64,000 nt of DNA, taken from Anolis carolinensis. Its lineage: Eukaryota. A program made the position numbers and the translations under genes. Where the stretch lies: positions 89,729,923 to 89,793,922 of the forward strand of contig NC_085844.1 of NCBI RefSeq assembly GCF_035594765.1. Direction: 5' to 3'. The notes beneath the pieces are model-generated. The model was not told the origin of the DNA, did not search any database, and saw only the letters and a program-made list of their open reading frames with translations. Below are positions 38,601 to 48,880 of the stretch, in pieces. Position 1 is the stretch's first letter. Every line of letters begins with the position of its first letter.

Positions 38601-41600
38601 GCTTGCTTTCCCCGTTTCTGGACGGAGCCCAACTGAAAGTACACATACATCATGTAATGAGCTCCATCCTGAAAAGAGATAACAAGTAGCGTAGGACGGG
38701 TGAAGTAGTCTGTTTGACAAGGTTGTAAGATTTACAATTTTTATAAAAAGGGAAACCAAGAATGAAAACTGGGCAAAACTAACAAAATGAGAAAGCAGTA
38801 GTGGAATGAAAAAGTACAAATGAAGAAGCATTAATGAACATATACTTGAATTTGTTTCATTTTAATTGGAATGAGAATCTGAGTTTGAAGTGTGTTTGAC
38901 CCCAGAAGGACTGGAACTATGGCAACCAACTTCTTTTTAGGCAGGCAAAATAGAGAGAGACTTAACTAGCCATCATGTTCCTTCATCCATCTCCTTTGAA
39001 ACTATTTTTGTTTGATTACTTTGGACACTGGAGTGAACTCCGGCAAAATTTTTGCAAGAGTACTGACATTATCTAGAATTTTTGTGGGTAAGAATTTCGG
39101 ATATTGGGGCAGCAAGCCAGCTTGAATGATACAGAAAGTGAGGTAGACTATTTCTGGGTTCCAACATGTTGAACACAGATAAGCTTCCTATAGCATTTCT
39201 TCCTTGGTCTAGATGGTCCATGAGGTCTCTTCCAACTCTATTATTCTATGATTCTATGATTCCTGTCCTTTTCTCTCCACAGCAAGTAAGATTCTGTATA
39301 TACTTATACCATGCTTTCAATGCTGGCAGAGGAAGAATTGTTTGAGGCTGCAGACAATGCGATCACTGTTGCCCGTTTTTGGTCAAAAGATATTTAGCCA
39401 CTTGTGCTCCTTCTAGTTTTATCAGATTTATACTAATGTATGCAATGCTTTTGATATGAAATAAATAAAATAAATGTTGGCAGATGCTAGAAAAATACTG
39501 ATATTAAAACAAGAAAGCCACTTTCCAGATTTCTAGTTATATTTAATTCATGTCATACCACTGTATATAATTTATGTTTTTTTTCTTTGTTGTAACAAAA
39601 TCAAAGATGAAATCTTGATGTTCTTGCTTCACAAAAGTGCATTTCTAGCAAGTAAAGGTAAATTTTGATTGTCAAGGTGTTGTTGGACTGCAACTCCTGT
39701 GCTGGCTTGGATGGATAAGAGTTGTAGTACAACACTATCTGAGAGGCCTGAGATAACCATTTTTAGTTTTTGAGGATGTGTGTGCATGTTAGAGGATTTG
39801 TAACAGCAATTGAAATAATCTAATGGCTCCACTTTCTTGGTTCAATGACCATAGAGGCAGAAGGAAGATGTGGTCGCCCACCTTCTATAGAAAATGGAGA
39901 TGTTGCAGACACTCTAATGACAGACTATATGTCAGGTGCAACAGTACACTATAAATGTTTACTTTTCTACCGAATGGAAGGAGTCCCAGCAGTACATTGT
40001 CACAATGGTACCTGGACAGAAAGGCCAAGGTGCACAGGTATAAAAAGAATAGATATTCATTATTGTTTTATGTTGAAAATTCCAAAATATTTTGCAATCA
40101 ATGTGGTGTCATTCTATAAATCAAAGTTGGTTTCATATAATTACAAATGGAGAAAACTAAATTATGAAACAAAAGGTAGTCATCACTAGGCAAACTATCC
40201 CTGATTCTAATTCTGCAAATTTTGGTAGAGACTAATCAAACTCTTATGAATAAAATTTCTTCAGCCACTACAAGTAGCAAACTGTATGTCCAGAATATTT
40301 ACATGCATAAGCAAATAGATCTGACCCATACGTGCTATGTCAAAAAGATTGAGTTTTTCCTTCTTCAGATGAAATTTACCAAAATGTATCCTTCCAGCTG
40401 CCAGCTCCATTATTCAGTTTGAATTCTTGGGGAAATTAAAGTTTTAGGAAAGAAAATACTGCACAATATATGACAGTGTTCAGCCCTAAAGAATAGAGCT
40501 GTGGCAGATGGGTTAAGAGGGGCCATTCTTGGGTTGAGAGCTTGATGGGATCAAAGTCGTTTCTTCTCACAGACCCAGCTTGGCCCTCCTTTTGGAATTT
40601 TACTTGATCTTATTGCCAGTTTTCCAATGGGGAACTGCTTGACCTTTAATGTCTTGTGGGATGACATGGACAAGTGTCAGCTGCCAACCTTAATGGCCAA
40701 AAGGAAGAGGAAAAAGGAAATTTATGAAATGTATCACTTCTCCCCACTTCCTTAAATTCTTCCTTTTGCAATTATATTGATCGAAATGTTTTTGTGCAAC
40801 TTCACACACACACAACACATGTTCGCTCACATTTATTCATATGTAATTTGAAAAAGAAAAGGAGGAATCTTGATGCCTTTCATTTCTTCCTGATGAGAAA
40901 TTGAAAGATACATTCATGTTTTCATTAATGTTATTAATCAAATTGATTTTTAAAAAAAATAATTTAAAAAACAATCAGTTGATACAGCCTTCTGAACACT
41001 CCTGAAGACTTATTGGAGGAAGGCCAGTAATTCAGATCAATTATTTATTATTTACAGTATTTATATTCCGCCCTTCTCACCCCGAAGGAGACTCAGGGCG
41101 GATCACATTATGTACATATAGGGCAAACATTCAATGCCCATAAACACATCGAGACAGAGACAACAGACAGACAGACGCAGAGGCAATTTAACCTTCTCCT
41201 GAGGGGATGTTCAATTCTGGCCACAGAGGGGAGCAGCGGCTTCATCATCCACTCTGATGGCACTTCCTCACTTCCTCATTCCAATGTTGTAAATTAGTTA
41301 AACTTGCCTCCCCACTTTTTATAAGTGGTACCTTATTTCCTACTTGATAGATGCAACTATCTTTCAGGTTGCTAGGTCAGCAACAAGCAAGGGCTATATT
41401 TTATTTTTAATTGACGGGTGCTTACCCCGCCACGGGCTGGCCTCGAACTCATGACCTCATGGTCAGAGTGATTTATTGCAGCAGCTGTTTACCAGCCTGC
41501 GCCACAGCCCGGCCCCTCAAGTGCATATAAGAAAAACATGATACAAAGAGAATGAACTGAATTTTTGCAACTTGAAATTCTAGTTTCTTACACACATGCC

Positions 41601-41692
41601 TAGTATGTATGAGACCCAGAGCCACCCCTGATGAACAAAATGAATTAAAATACTCACCTCTACGTTTTTATAAAAATGTTTGTTTTTTGTAT

Positions 41693-41742
<50 letters not shown>

Positions 41743-44700
41743 TACCTCCCTCTCCCTCCTTGTGACCTCATGGCGGGGACAGGACTGCTCTTCCACCACC
41801 ACCCCCAACTCCCCATCGGCCTCCCTCTCTCAAACCCATTCTCAAACCAGTGATCTACTCAGCTGGTGGAGGATGAGGCCCTGAAGAGCATTTATATTTT
41901 ACTAATTCCACTGGGTTGTTCAGTCACATGAATTTACTATGAATTTTTGTATCTAATCAAGTGGCATCTTTTTTCACCAGAGGCTTGTACAATAACAGAA
42001 GAAGACATGAGTTATAACAATATAAGCCTGAAGTTGGCAGTGGGTCCAAAACTGTATATAGAATCTGGAGAAACAGCAGAGTTTATCTGCAAAAAGGGCT
42101 ATCAGGCAAATCCAACCTCCTCTCCATTCAAAGCACTCTGTATTGCAGGCAAGATGGAGTATCCCATATGCATAGAGGTATGTATATAACAGTCAATCAT
42201 AATAGTTTACAATTCAAGATAGTTTCCTTGATTCATTAATGGAGCTATATAAGCGGTCAAAACCCAAATGTCAGTATAAATTATGTCTGCAAAAATCAGC
42301 AAGCAGAAAATACATTGCATTGTTGAAGGCTTTAATGGCTGGAATCACTGTTCTGATTTACAAACAAATTCACCTTAAGAACAAACACCCCAGAGGGTAC
42401 ATTTCTCTCCAATCTCTATATAGAAATCAATATATATATTAGAGGTATGCAAATAAATTGGATGTCATCGTAAGTCATAGTAAATTCACTAAAACTGTGC
42501 ATATGAATTGATATTCGAAATATGCAGGAAAGGTGGAAGGGGAATTCAGAAACTGAAACACTCACCAATCATTTTTGTTAATGTTCTGTAACATTCGGAT
42601 ATCTCCCAAGGAAAGTTACTTTTCAGTATAAGCATAAAGCAATGTGTTGTCGAAGGCTTTCATGGCCGGGATCACAGGGTTGTTGTATGTCTTTCGGGCT
42701 GTGTGGCCATGTTCCAGAAGCATTCTCTCCTGACGTTTCGCCCACATCTATGGCAGGCATCCTCAGAGGTTGTGAGGTATGGAGAAAACTAAGCAAAGAG
42801 GTTAATATATATCTGTGGAAAGTCTAGGGTGAGAGAGGTCAGTGTGAATGTTGTGTAGTTAATCACTTTAATTAGCATTGAAAAGCTTATCTGCTGTCTT
42901 CTTCCTGCCTCTGGGGCATCCTTTGTTTAGAGTCGTTAACTGCCCTTGATTGATTCATGTCTGGAAATCCTCTGTTTTCAGAGTATTGCTTTTTATTTAC
43001 TGTTCTGATTTTTGAGTTTTTTAATACTGGTAGCCAGATTTTGTTCATTTTCATGGTTTCTTCCTTTCTGTTGAAGTTGTCCACATGCTTGTGGATTTCA
43101 ATGGCTTCTCTGTGTAGTCTGACATGATAGTTGTTAGAATGGTCCAGCATTTTTGTGTTCTCAAATAGTATTCTGTGTCCAGGCTGGTTCATCAAATGCT
43201 CTGCTATGGCTGATTTCTCTGGTTGAATTAGTGTGCAGTGCCTTTTCTGTTCTTTGACTCTTGTTTGGGCGCTGCGTTTGGTGGTCCCTATGTAGACTTG
43301 TCCACAGCTGCACGGTATCCGGTAGACTCCTGCAGAAGAGAGAGGATCCCTCTTGTCCTTCGCTGACCGTAGCATTTGTTGGATTTTCTTCGTGGGTCTG
43401 TAGATAGTTTGTAGGTTGTGCTTCTTCATCAGCTTCCCTATGCGGTCAGTAGTTCCCTTGATGTATGGTAAGTACACCTTTCCTCTGGGTGGATCTTTGT
43501 CTTGACTCTCATGGCTTGTTCTTGGCCTTGCAGCTCTTCTGATGTCTGTGGTGGAGTATCCATTGGCCTGTAGAGCCCAGTTTAGGTGGTTGAGTTCACC
43601 TTGGAGGAAGTGAGGTTCGCAGATTCTTTGTGCACGGTCTGTCAGGGCTTTGATTGTGCTCCTTTTTTGACTTGGGTGATGGTTGGAGTTTTTATGAAGG
43701 TATCTATCTGTGTGTGTAGGTTTTCTGTAAACTGTGTGGCCCAATTGTTGATTGGGTTTGCGGATGACCAGAACATCTAGAAATGGCAGTTTTCCTTCCT
43801 TTTCTTTTTCCATGGTGAATTGGATGTTTGGGTGGATGCTGTTAAGATGGTCCAGGAACTTGCTGAGTTCTTCCTCTCCATGGCTCCAAATTGTGAAGGT
43901 GTCATCTACGTATCTGAACCAAACAGTTGGCTTTTTTGGTGCTGTTTCTAGGGCCTGTTTTTCAAAGTATTCCATATAGAAATTTGCTACTACTGGGCTG
44001 AGAGGGCTCCCCATGGCCACTCCATCCTTCTGTTCATAGAATCCAGTGTCCCACTGAAAGTAGCTAGTGGTGAGGCAATGGTGAAACAGGGCTGTGATGT
44101 CTTCTGGGAAGTTTTGTTTGATTAGTGTGAGGGTGTCAGCTACTGGGACTTTGGTAAAAAGGGACACCACATCAAAGCTGATCAGGATGTCCTTGGTGCT
44201 TAGATTGAGGTTGCTGATCTTTTCTATAAAGTGTGTAGAGTCCTTGATATAATGTGCAGTGAGCCCAATGTGGGTTTGTAGCTGTGTAGCCAGAAATTTT
44301 GCAAGGTTGTAAGTCGGCGATCCAATGGCACTTACAATGGGTCTGAGTGGGATGGAGTCCTTGTGGATTTTGGGGAGTCCGTAAAGCCTGGGTGGGAGGG
44401 CTTCTGATTTGCACAGCTGTTGGCGTATGTCAAAGTTAATGGAGGAGTTCTTGATTAGAGTGTTCGTTTTTCTGGTGATTTTGTTAGTGGGGTCTTGTTT
44501 CAGTTTCTTGTAAATTGTGGGATCTAGAAGTTGTCTGATTTTTTCTTTGTATTGTTTTGTTTCCATGATTACTGTGGCATTCCCCTTGTCAGCTGGAAGA
44601 ATGATGATTTCAGGATAAAGCAACTTTGCCAAGAGAACATAAAGTGTTTAAAATCCAATCATTTTTTTTTGTATTAGGGCTGTGCAAAAATTATAAAAAG

Positions 44701-44833
44701 GATAATAAATCATAGGTGCTTTTTTAAATCCATATTTATGACCCAATTTACAACCCTCCAGAGCCACCCCTGTTGAACACAAATGAATTAAAACACTCAC
44801 CTCTGAGTTTTTGTAAAAATGTTTGTTTTTGTA

Positions 44834-44881
<48 letters not shown>

Positions 44882-45039
44882 GCCTCCCTCTCCCTCCTTG
44901 TGCTCTTGCAACAGGGGCAGGACTGCTCTCTCCCCTCAACTCTTTATCAGCCTCCCTTTCTCAGTGATCCATTAGGCTGGTGGAGGATGAGGCCCAGAGA
45001 GGGCTGCAAGCAGGCTTTACAATTATATGACCTGTCCCC

Positions 45040-45086
<47 letters not shown>

Positions 45087-45199
45087 CCAATGGTGGGTAT
45101 TACACATTAAACTGTAGCCATGCAAATGTAGGTTTCACAAAGTCTATGCATGAAAATTTATATCTTCATTATTTCCTTTGTGTTTAACAGGCATATTGA
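24440..45199 (+). CDS. Gene B: nine-SCR factor H-related protein, 564 aa; join(24440-24503,27438-27620,29197-29373,31311-31484,33796-33978,35111-35293,35376-35540,36826-37002,39855-40037,41981-42177,45191-45199)
   Basis: Leader exon, nine sushi exons joined by phase-1 introns, then a phase-0 intron and terminal micro-exon. All GT-AG; 1695 nt open. Confidence 0.85.
25790..26183. mobile_element. Tc1/mariner (Tigger/pogo-like) MITE
   Basis: TA|CAGGCAGTCCCCAAGTTA...TAACTTAGGGACTGCCTG|TA. Confidence 0.88.
26220..27331 (+). mobile_element. Solo LTR (1112 bp) in gene B intron 1
   Basis: TGTTGTAG...CTCCAACA termini; 5-bp TSD ATTAG; TATA-like GATAAAA at 26820; AATAAA at 27270; internal 150-bp tandem duplication. 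Confidence 0.87.
27438..27620 (+). CDS. Gene B exon 2: sushi, FH SCR8-like (DIPNGFFMES...GCQTGFTT...TTCLLDGWVPKPECI)
   Basis: Sushi consensus; tctttag acceptor, A|gtaagt donor; 183 nt. Confidence 0.92.
27655..27894. mobile_element. Degenerate palindromic MITE (family of the 10740-10882 insert)
   Basis: CTGCCATATAA...TTATATGGCAGTGTA motifs; imperfect inverted ends. Confidence 0.5.
29197..29373 (+). CDS. Gene B exon 3: sushi, FH SCR9-like (KTCPKPVDEN...FECTDGHE...VCTLKGWSPKPQCL)
   Basis: Sushi consensus; ttcttag acceptor, T|gtaaat donor; 177 nt. Confidence 0.9.
29853..31160 (-). mobile_element. Non-autonomous Helitron with internal minisatellite
   Basis: Minus strand: A|TCTTTATATATAAAA start; GCCAC..ATGGC hairpin and CTAG|T end; repeated GTGCCAAGTTTGGTCC units. 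Confidence 0.78.
31311..31484 (+). CDS. Gene B exon 4: sushi, FH SCR10-like (ECEIP...RKDQY...KFSC...QCYHFGWSPQPPTCK)
   Basis: KDQY, KFSC and QCYHFG motifs match FH SCR10; canonical splice sites; 174 nt. Confidence 0.95.
31785..32510 (-). mobile_element. L1/Tx1-clade LINE 3' end
   Basis: TAARLVIARNWK..PT...W ORF2 C-terminal motif; A-rich tail. Confidence 0.75.
32534..32940 (+). mobile_element. L2 LINE 3' fragment
   Basis: LVQNTAARLVTG...HITPILTSLHWLPI...KVLVLTFKALHG. Confidence 0.88.
33078..33579. mobile_element. Tc1/mariner (Tc2/pogo-like) MITE
   Basis: GTATATACTCGAGTATAAGCC / GGCTTATACTCGGGTATATAC with TA flanks. Confidence 0.82.
33796..33978 (+). CDS. Gene B exon 5: sushi, FH SCR11-like (PCQQPPRISHGN...EEYQHGE...ECVDGEWMFLPSCI)
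   Basis: Not in the ORF track; translated by hand. CVDGEW motif; ttctag acceptor, G|gtagag donor; 183 nt. Confidence 0.93.
   Translation, partial: KRLPLVNNHPGFHMAILLVTFMKNISMGRRWLMSVMPVLEWLDQALQNVLMENGCFCHHA
34798..34972. mobile_element. Mini Penelope insertion with inverted halves
   Basis: 38-bp inverted repeat; flanked by the direct repeat ACATAGACTAAACAGTGTT. Confidence 0.87.
35111..35293 (+). CDS. Gene B exon 6: sushi, FH SCR12-like (EEKTCGPPPSITNG...CLRGQWEVPSCT)
   Basis: Sushi consensus; caacag acceptor, G|gtaagt donor; 183 nt. Confidence 0.93.
35376..35540 (+). CDS. Gene B exon 7: short sushi, FH SCR13-like (KCRRPK...FDNGRAVNYMC...HTTKCNHGKWSPEPECK)
   Basis: Translated by hand; shortened domain like FH SCR13; follows an 82-bp intron; 165 nt. 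Confidence 0.9.
35791..36123 (+). mobile_element. Full-length Sauria SINE
   Basis: Pol III A box TGGCGCAGTGT and B box GGTTCAAACCC; ACCTTT tail; 12-bp TSD TACATCTGTCAT. Confidence 0.92.
36826..37002 (+). CDS. Gene B exon 8: sushi, FH SCR14-like (CPPPPQLPNA...NYNSGEE...CKDGSWQTPPRCV)
   Basis: CPPPPQxPN and CKDGxWQ motifs; 177 nt. Confidence 0.94.
37687..37962. mobile_element. hAT MITE
   Basis: CAGGGCCGTAGC / GCTACAGGCCTG; exact 8-bp TSD GCTGTAGC. Confidence 0.88.
39855..40037 (+). CDS. Gene B exon 9: sushi, FH SCR19-like (GRCGRPPSIENGD...CHNGTWTERPRCT)
   Basis: Sushi consensus; 183 nt like the paralogous exons in A and C; acceptor is weak. Confidence 0.92.
41041..41517 (-). mobile_element. 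tRNA-derived SINE with L2-like 3' tail
   Basis: Minus-strand head GGGCCGGGCTGTGGCGCAG with B box GAGTTCGAGGCC; tail GAGAAGGGCGGAATATAAAT(AAAT)n. Confidence 0.75.
41616..41887 (+). repeat. ~260-bp (CT)n-containing repeat, second copy at 44758-45000
   Basis: Both copies run CCAGAGCCACCCCTG...(CT)n...GCTGGTGGAGGATGAGGCCC. Confidence 0.85.
41981..42177 (+). CDS. Gene B exon 10: sushi, FH SCR20-like (ACTITEEDMSYNNISLKL...KLY...MEYPICIE)
   Basis: 197 nt; phase-0 donor GAG|gtatgt. Confidence 0.93.
42729..42769 (-). ncRNA. Minimal type I hammerhead ribozyme motif in the Penelope terminal repeat
   Basis: CCU-CUGAGGA-U-GCCUGC-CAUAGAU-GUGGGC-GAAAC-GUC-AGG: intact core, 6-bp stem II, 3-bp stem I, palindromic ACGU at stem III. 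Confidence 0.72.
42887..44614 (-). CDS. Penelope RT plus GIY-YIG endonuclease ORF (N-terminally truncated)
   Basis: ADKGN, LYGLPKIHK, SFDVVSLFT, GVAMGSPLSP, RYVDD, LPFLD, GVY..VYIG..R, REAIEI. The MAKLLY start in the ORF track comes from flanking DNA. Confidence 0.93.
   Translation of the reverse strand, partial: PEIIILPADKGNATVIMETKQYKEKIRQLLDPTIYKKLKQDPTNKITRKTNTLIKNSSINFDIRQQLCKSEALPPRLYGLPKIHKDSIPLRPIVSAIGSPTYNLAKFLATQLQTHIGLTAHYIKDSTHFIEKISNLNLSTKDILISFDVVSLFTKVPVADTLTLIKQNFPEDITALFHHCLTTSYFQWDTGFYEQKDGVAMGSPLSPVVANFYMEYFEKQALETAPKKPTVWFRYVDDTFTIWSHGEEELSKFLDHLNSIHPNIQFTMEKEKEGKLPFLDVLVIRKPNQQLGHTVYRKPTHTDRYLHKNSNHHPSQKRSTIKALTDRAQRICEPHFLQGELNHLNWALQANGYSTTDIRRAARPRTSHESQDKDPPRGKVYLPYIKGTTDRIGKLMKKHNLQTIYRPTKKIQQMLRSAKDKRDPLSSAGVYRIPCSCGQVYIGTTKRSAQTRVKEQKRHCTLIQPEKSAIAEHLMNQPGHRILFENTKMLDHSNNYHVRLHREAIEIHKHVDNFNRKEETMKMNKIWLPVLKNSKIRTVNKKQYSENRGFPDMNQSRAVNDSKQRMPQRQEEDSR
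45191..45199 (+). CDS. Gene B terminal micro-exon (A-Y-stop)
   Basis: atttcctttgtgtttaacag|GCA TAT TGA; homologous to gene A's terminal exon. Confidence 0.7.
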   Translation, partial: AY

Positions 45200-45564
45200 G
45201 TGAATCTGAAGAAGTATACAGCAGCTGCTTATAAACAACACAATTTTCCAAACATCATTTTTGTTTTTTGTTTTTTCAAAAAGCCATATTAATTGATTTT
45301 TTAGTTATATTTTCAATAGGTAATAGATAGATGTTAAAGAGGTTGGTGGCTCTGTTGCTTTGGGTTCATTAATCCATGCTGAGCTTTTACAAGAACAAGA
45401 TTAGTCTTGTGCATTTGTATGGAATTGTCTGTTTCTATTTGTACTATTTGTATGGCCCCATTTCCATTTCTGTCTACTATGAATGGAAATGGGCACCTAT
45501 TCAAATGGGCTTTTCCATCCAAGGTTTGAAAAAAACAAAGATTTTTCTGGCCTTGGGCGACAAA

Positions 45565-45895
45565 ATGCTAGGGCCTGCCAGCGAGGGCCTACGAGCACCA
45601 AGCACTCAATGGCTCATAGGTCCGGCTCGTACGGCCTACAGTCAAGCACCCAACTGTAGGTCCGGCAGGCAGGGCCTACAAGTGCCAAGCGCTTGATGGC
45701 TCATAGACCTGGCTCACAGGGCCTACAATAAAGTGCTGAGTGCTCGATACTTGACTGTAGGCCCTGCAAGCTGAGCCTACAAGCCATTGAGTGCTGAGCA
45801 CTCGAATGTAGGCCCTATGAGCCGGGCCTATGAGTGCCGAGTGCCCAGTGCTTGGCTGTAGGCCCTGCCAGCCAGGGTCTACAGCCAAGCACCAA
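45565..45895. repeat. GC-rich array of GGGCCTAC/GTAGGCCC units arranged as an inverted repeat
   Basis: Left-half units are reverse complements of right-half units; centre ~45740. Confidence 0.75.
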
Positions 45896-48880
45896 AAATC
45901 AGCCAGCCAAACAGCTATCATTCCCCTTTTCCTTTTGTTTCATTGCTTCTTTCGTTCTCAGGGGGGTTATACTGTTCTGTGCCATCTGAATGGATGGAAT
46001 GCTACAAAACCACAATAGAAATAGAGGAAACAAGATTTGGGCCCTACTCTACTCTAGGTTTTACAGGCACTACCCAATGTGCTGAATCTATTTTGGAGAC
46101 AGAATTTGTAACCTTGAACAGCTTCCACAAAGTTCAAGAGTAGCTCTCATGAAATACAGCATGGTTTTGGTTCCCCAAATTAACTTGATTGTAGGCCCTG
46201 CGAGCCAGTTCCTCTGGCTTTATCTTTGTAAATTGTTAGAATGGGTCTTGATTCTGTGAAAGAATGTGAAAATTTACACCCCTGAGTAGACAGTTGTCTT
46301 TCACTGTTGACTTATTTTGAGTGCTGTTATGTATGCCACATGCTGATGTCACAGTTTTTCAGCCATCTTCTTATGCCCCAGTAATGAGCTGTAACTGCTC
46401 ATGTGCTGTGATAACCGATCTCAAACTATAAGCTTTTAAACTCTTTTTGAGAGGTTCATAACAATTCACAATAATCAAAACTCATGGAGAAAGAGATTGG
46501 TACTAAGTGGGTTATGACTTCATGGAACATTGATGAAACATTACAAAAAAATTTGAGAAAATTTTGAAGTAAAACAAACCTGAAAATGTTATATAGTTGG
46601 AAGATATATTAAAATAAATACCTATGTTGCATTATGAACTTTATACTGAAGCTTTAACATGTCTTGTGCATGCATACACAACAACAAGGGGTGCATATAT
46701 GTGTCAGATACCTTAGACAACTGGTCTTTAGACAACTAGTGGGTGCTTTTTAGAGCTGAGATGGCCAGTTCCCACTCCCAGATCATTTATGAGCTGAACT
46801 CTTCCTCTGGGCACACCAAAACAATCCATTTTTTTTTTCAAAATGGTGACTAGAAATGATGCCATTTTGAGATGAACTTTCGGGAAATAGAGATACTGCG
46901 GATGATGATGAATTTTTACACATTCAGATTTTTGATATCAAAAACATGAGAAAATTTCAAATTTTTGAGGGGAAAATTGGAGTAGTAGATATTTCAAAGA
47001 CAAAAAAAAATGGAGACCAGAGTATGGATGGGAACCTCACTTTCATTACACTTGGTTGAGAAATAGGGTCAAGGTGGGATGGGGCATTGCAATGTAAATA
47101 AGAAATCTGGGGGGGGGGGGGCTATTGTAATATGTTATTTTGTATGAGACCAACCAAATTTGCTATGACATATTTATATTGTAATGATTTTATCAACACC
47201 AAGGAACCTTGCCTTCAAAAAGAGAAAAATGTTTTTTTCAATACAGAGGTAACTCTTTTCTCTGGCAAATTCCAGGTGCAGGTGCAAAATAAGAATGATT
47301 CAACTGTATGCCAGTCTGTTTTAGTGATAAATTTTATTTTGTAAATAGCTGAATCATATTCTGTACTGGTTTGCTGACTTTTGTTCCCTACTACAAATGC
47401 TGTAAATGCAATATTATGTGCCCAGGATCACCTCATCATATGTTATGGCGCTGTTGTCGAGTCACGATACCCCCCACCCCCAAAAAAGATGTATAGTTCA
47501 CCCAAGACTCCGTAACAAATATATGTTTTTTTCCCTATTTTTGAATAGTTTGAATAGCTGTCAAATTATTTAAGACATCTTGCTTCGTCTGTATGTTTAT
47601 GCTTGTATGCTTGTACCTTTGAAGCATCTCACTCATACTTGCATCCTTTTTGGTCGAACTGAATAAACCTCTTTGGCTTGACTTCAACCTGGCGAGTTGT
47701 TCTTCTGTCCTGGCTTTTTTGGTTTAGCATATGCTCACCAGGCACGTATCCCTTTATCCACAGTCTTAGCTTAAATTCACTAGAGCCAGAACCTGAGAAA
47801 TATCCTCATCAACAAGAATTCATAGATACATTTTGTGCTGGTCACATAGACCTTAATAAAAATGTCTGTGTAACTCTGAAATTCTAGAAAACCAAGTAAT
47901 GAGCCTTAGAATAAACTTCATGTCTCTTGACCAATGCTATGAGTGATTGAATTAGGCTTGGTAGTTTCCTTGGTCAAAGTTATTGTTTAACACCTGTTTA
48001 CCTTCCTGTTCAGTTTCAGGGCTCATCTTAGCTTTCAGGGTTCATCACATCTGGGAGAATAAAGAAGGACTGATATTTTAGTCATACCCTACACCTTGAC
48101 AAGTAGAAGTGTTTCTGAGTGCACTCCAACTTCAGAATTTCCTTCCATTTCAATAGATCAGGGGTGATCAACACATGGCCAATAGTTGAGAAAATTTTCC
48201 TATATGTTTTTTTTCTTGTAAACTGCACATAAAGATGATAAAGATTTTTCTTAGTCCATATTATCCCCCCCCAAAAAAAAAAAAAGAATCTGTGGCCAAA
48301 GTTCAGATGGAGTGGCATTGAATCCAATCTCTTTCAGCCTAAGACACTGGGTTACTCTGGCTCTGATTTTGTGCCAGATGGTTCTGTGTTCTACAGTTGA
48401 CACATCTTTGAGTTAAGATGGAACTGCCAATGTATTTCATTTTTAAAAGGTATAGGCTTTCATAGGCTAGTGCTAGTTCTTCATATGCCTTTGTAAAAAA
48501 AAGGGGGAGGGGGGGGGGAGAGATTAAATTTCTGGTGACTAAATTGCAAACTGTACCGTTCCAGGCTAGGATAATCAGATTGACAGGCTTTAAAGATAGG
48601 CAATAATCGATGCAGGAATTTCTTATATTAAGAGGAAAAAATATTCATTCTAAAGGTTCAGAAAAAGTGCTGAAAATCACAAGTCTGTGAGTATCCTACT
48701 TTTTATGCAGGAGGAACAAATGGCATATGTTAGAACAATGTGTTTTTTAGCTCACTTTATCTGTTTCAGCTGGCATCTCATAACATTTTTGGCAAATTTC
48801 TATTTTCAATGTAATGCTCTCAACACTCAGGACACATGCAGCTAACTTCAACATAGTCAAGGTGACTCAATTCAAGTTAG

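Larger units (their letters stand above)
42643..44614 (-). mobile_element. Young 5'-truncated Penelope-like retroelement
   Basis: 9-bp direct repeat ATAAAGCAA at 42634-42642 and 44615-44623; long intact ORF; terminal repeat at ~42643-42890. Confidence 0.95.

Noticed and set aside
38358-38682. Possible missing SCR15-18 exons in gene B intron 8
   Set aside because: No four-Cys/Trp sushi pattern with phase-1 splice sites seen.
24440-45199. Naming gene B CFHR5
   Set aside because: Same SCR count but different N-terminal domains; orthology needs phylogeny.
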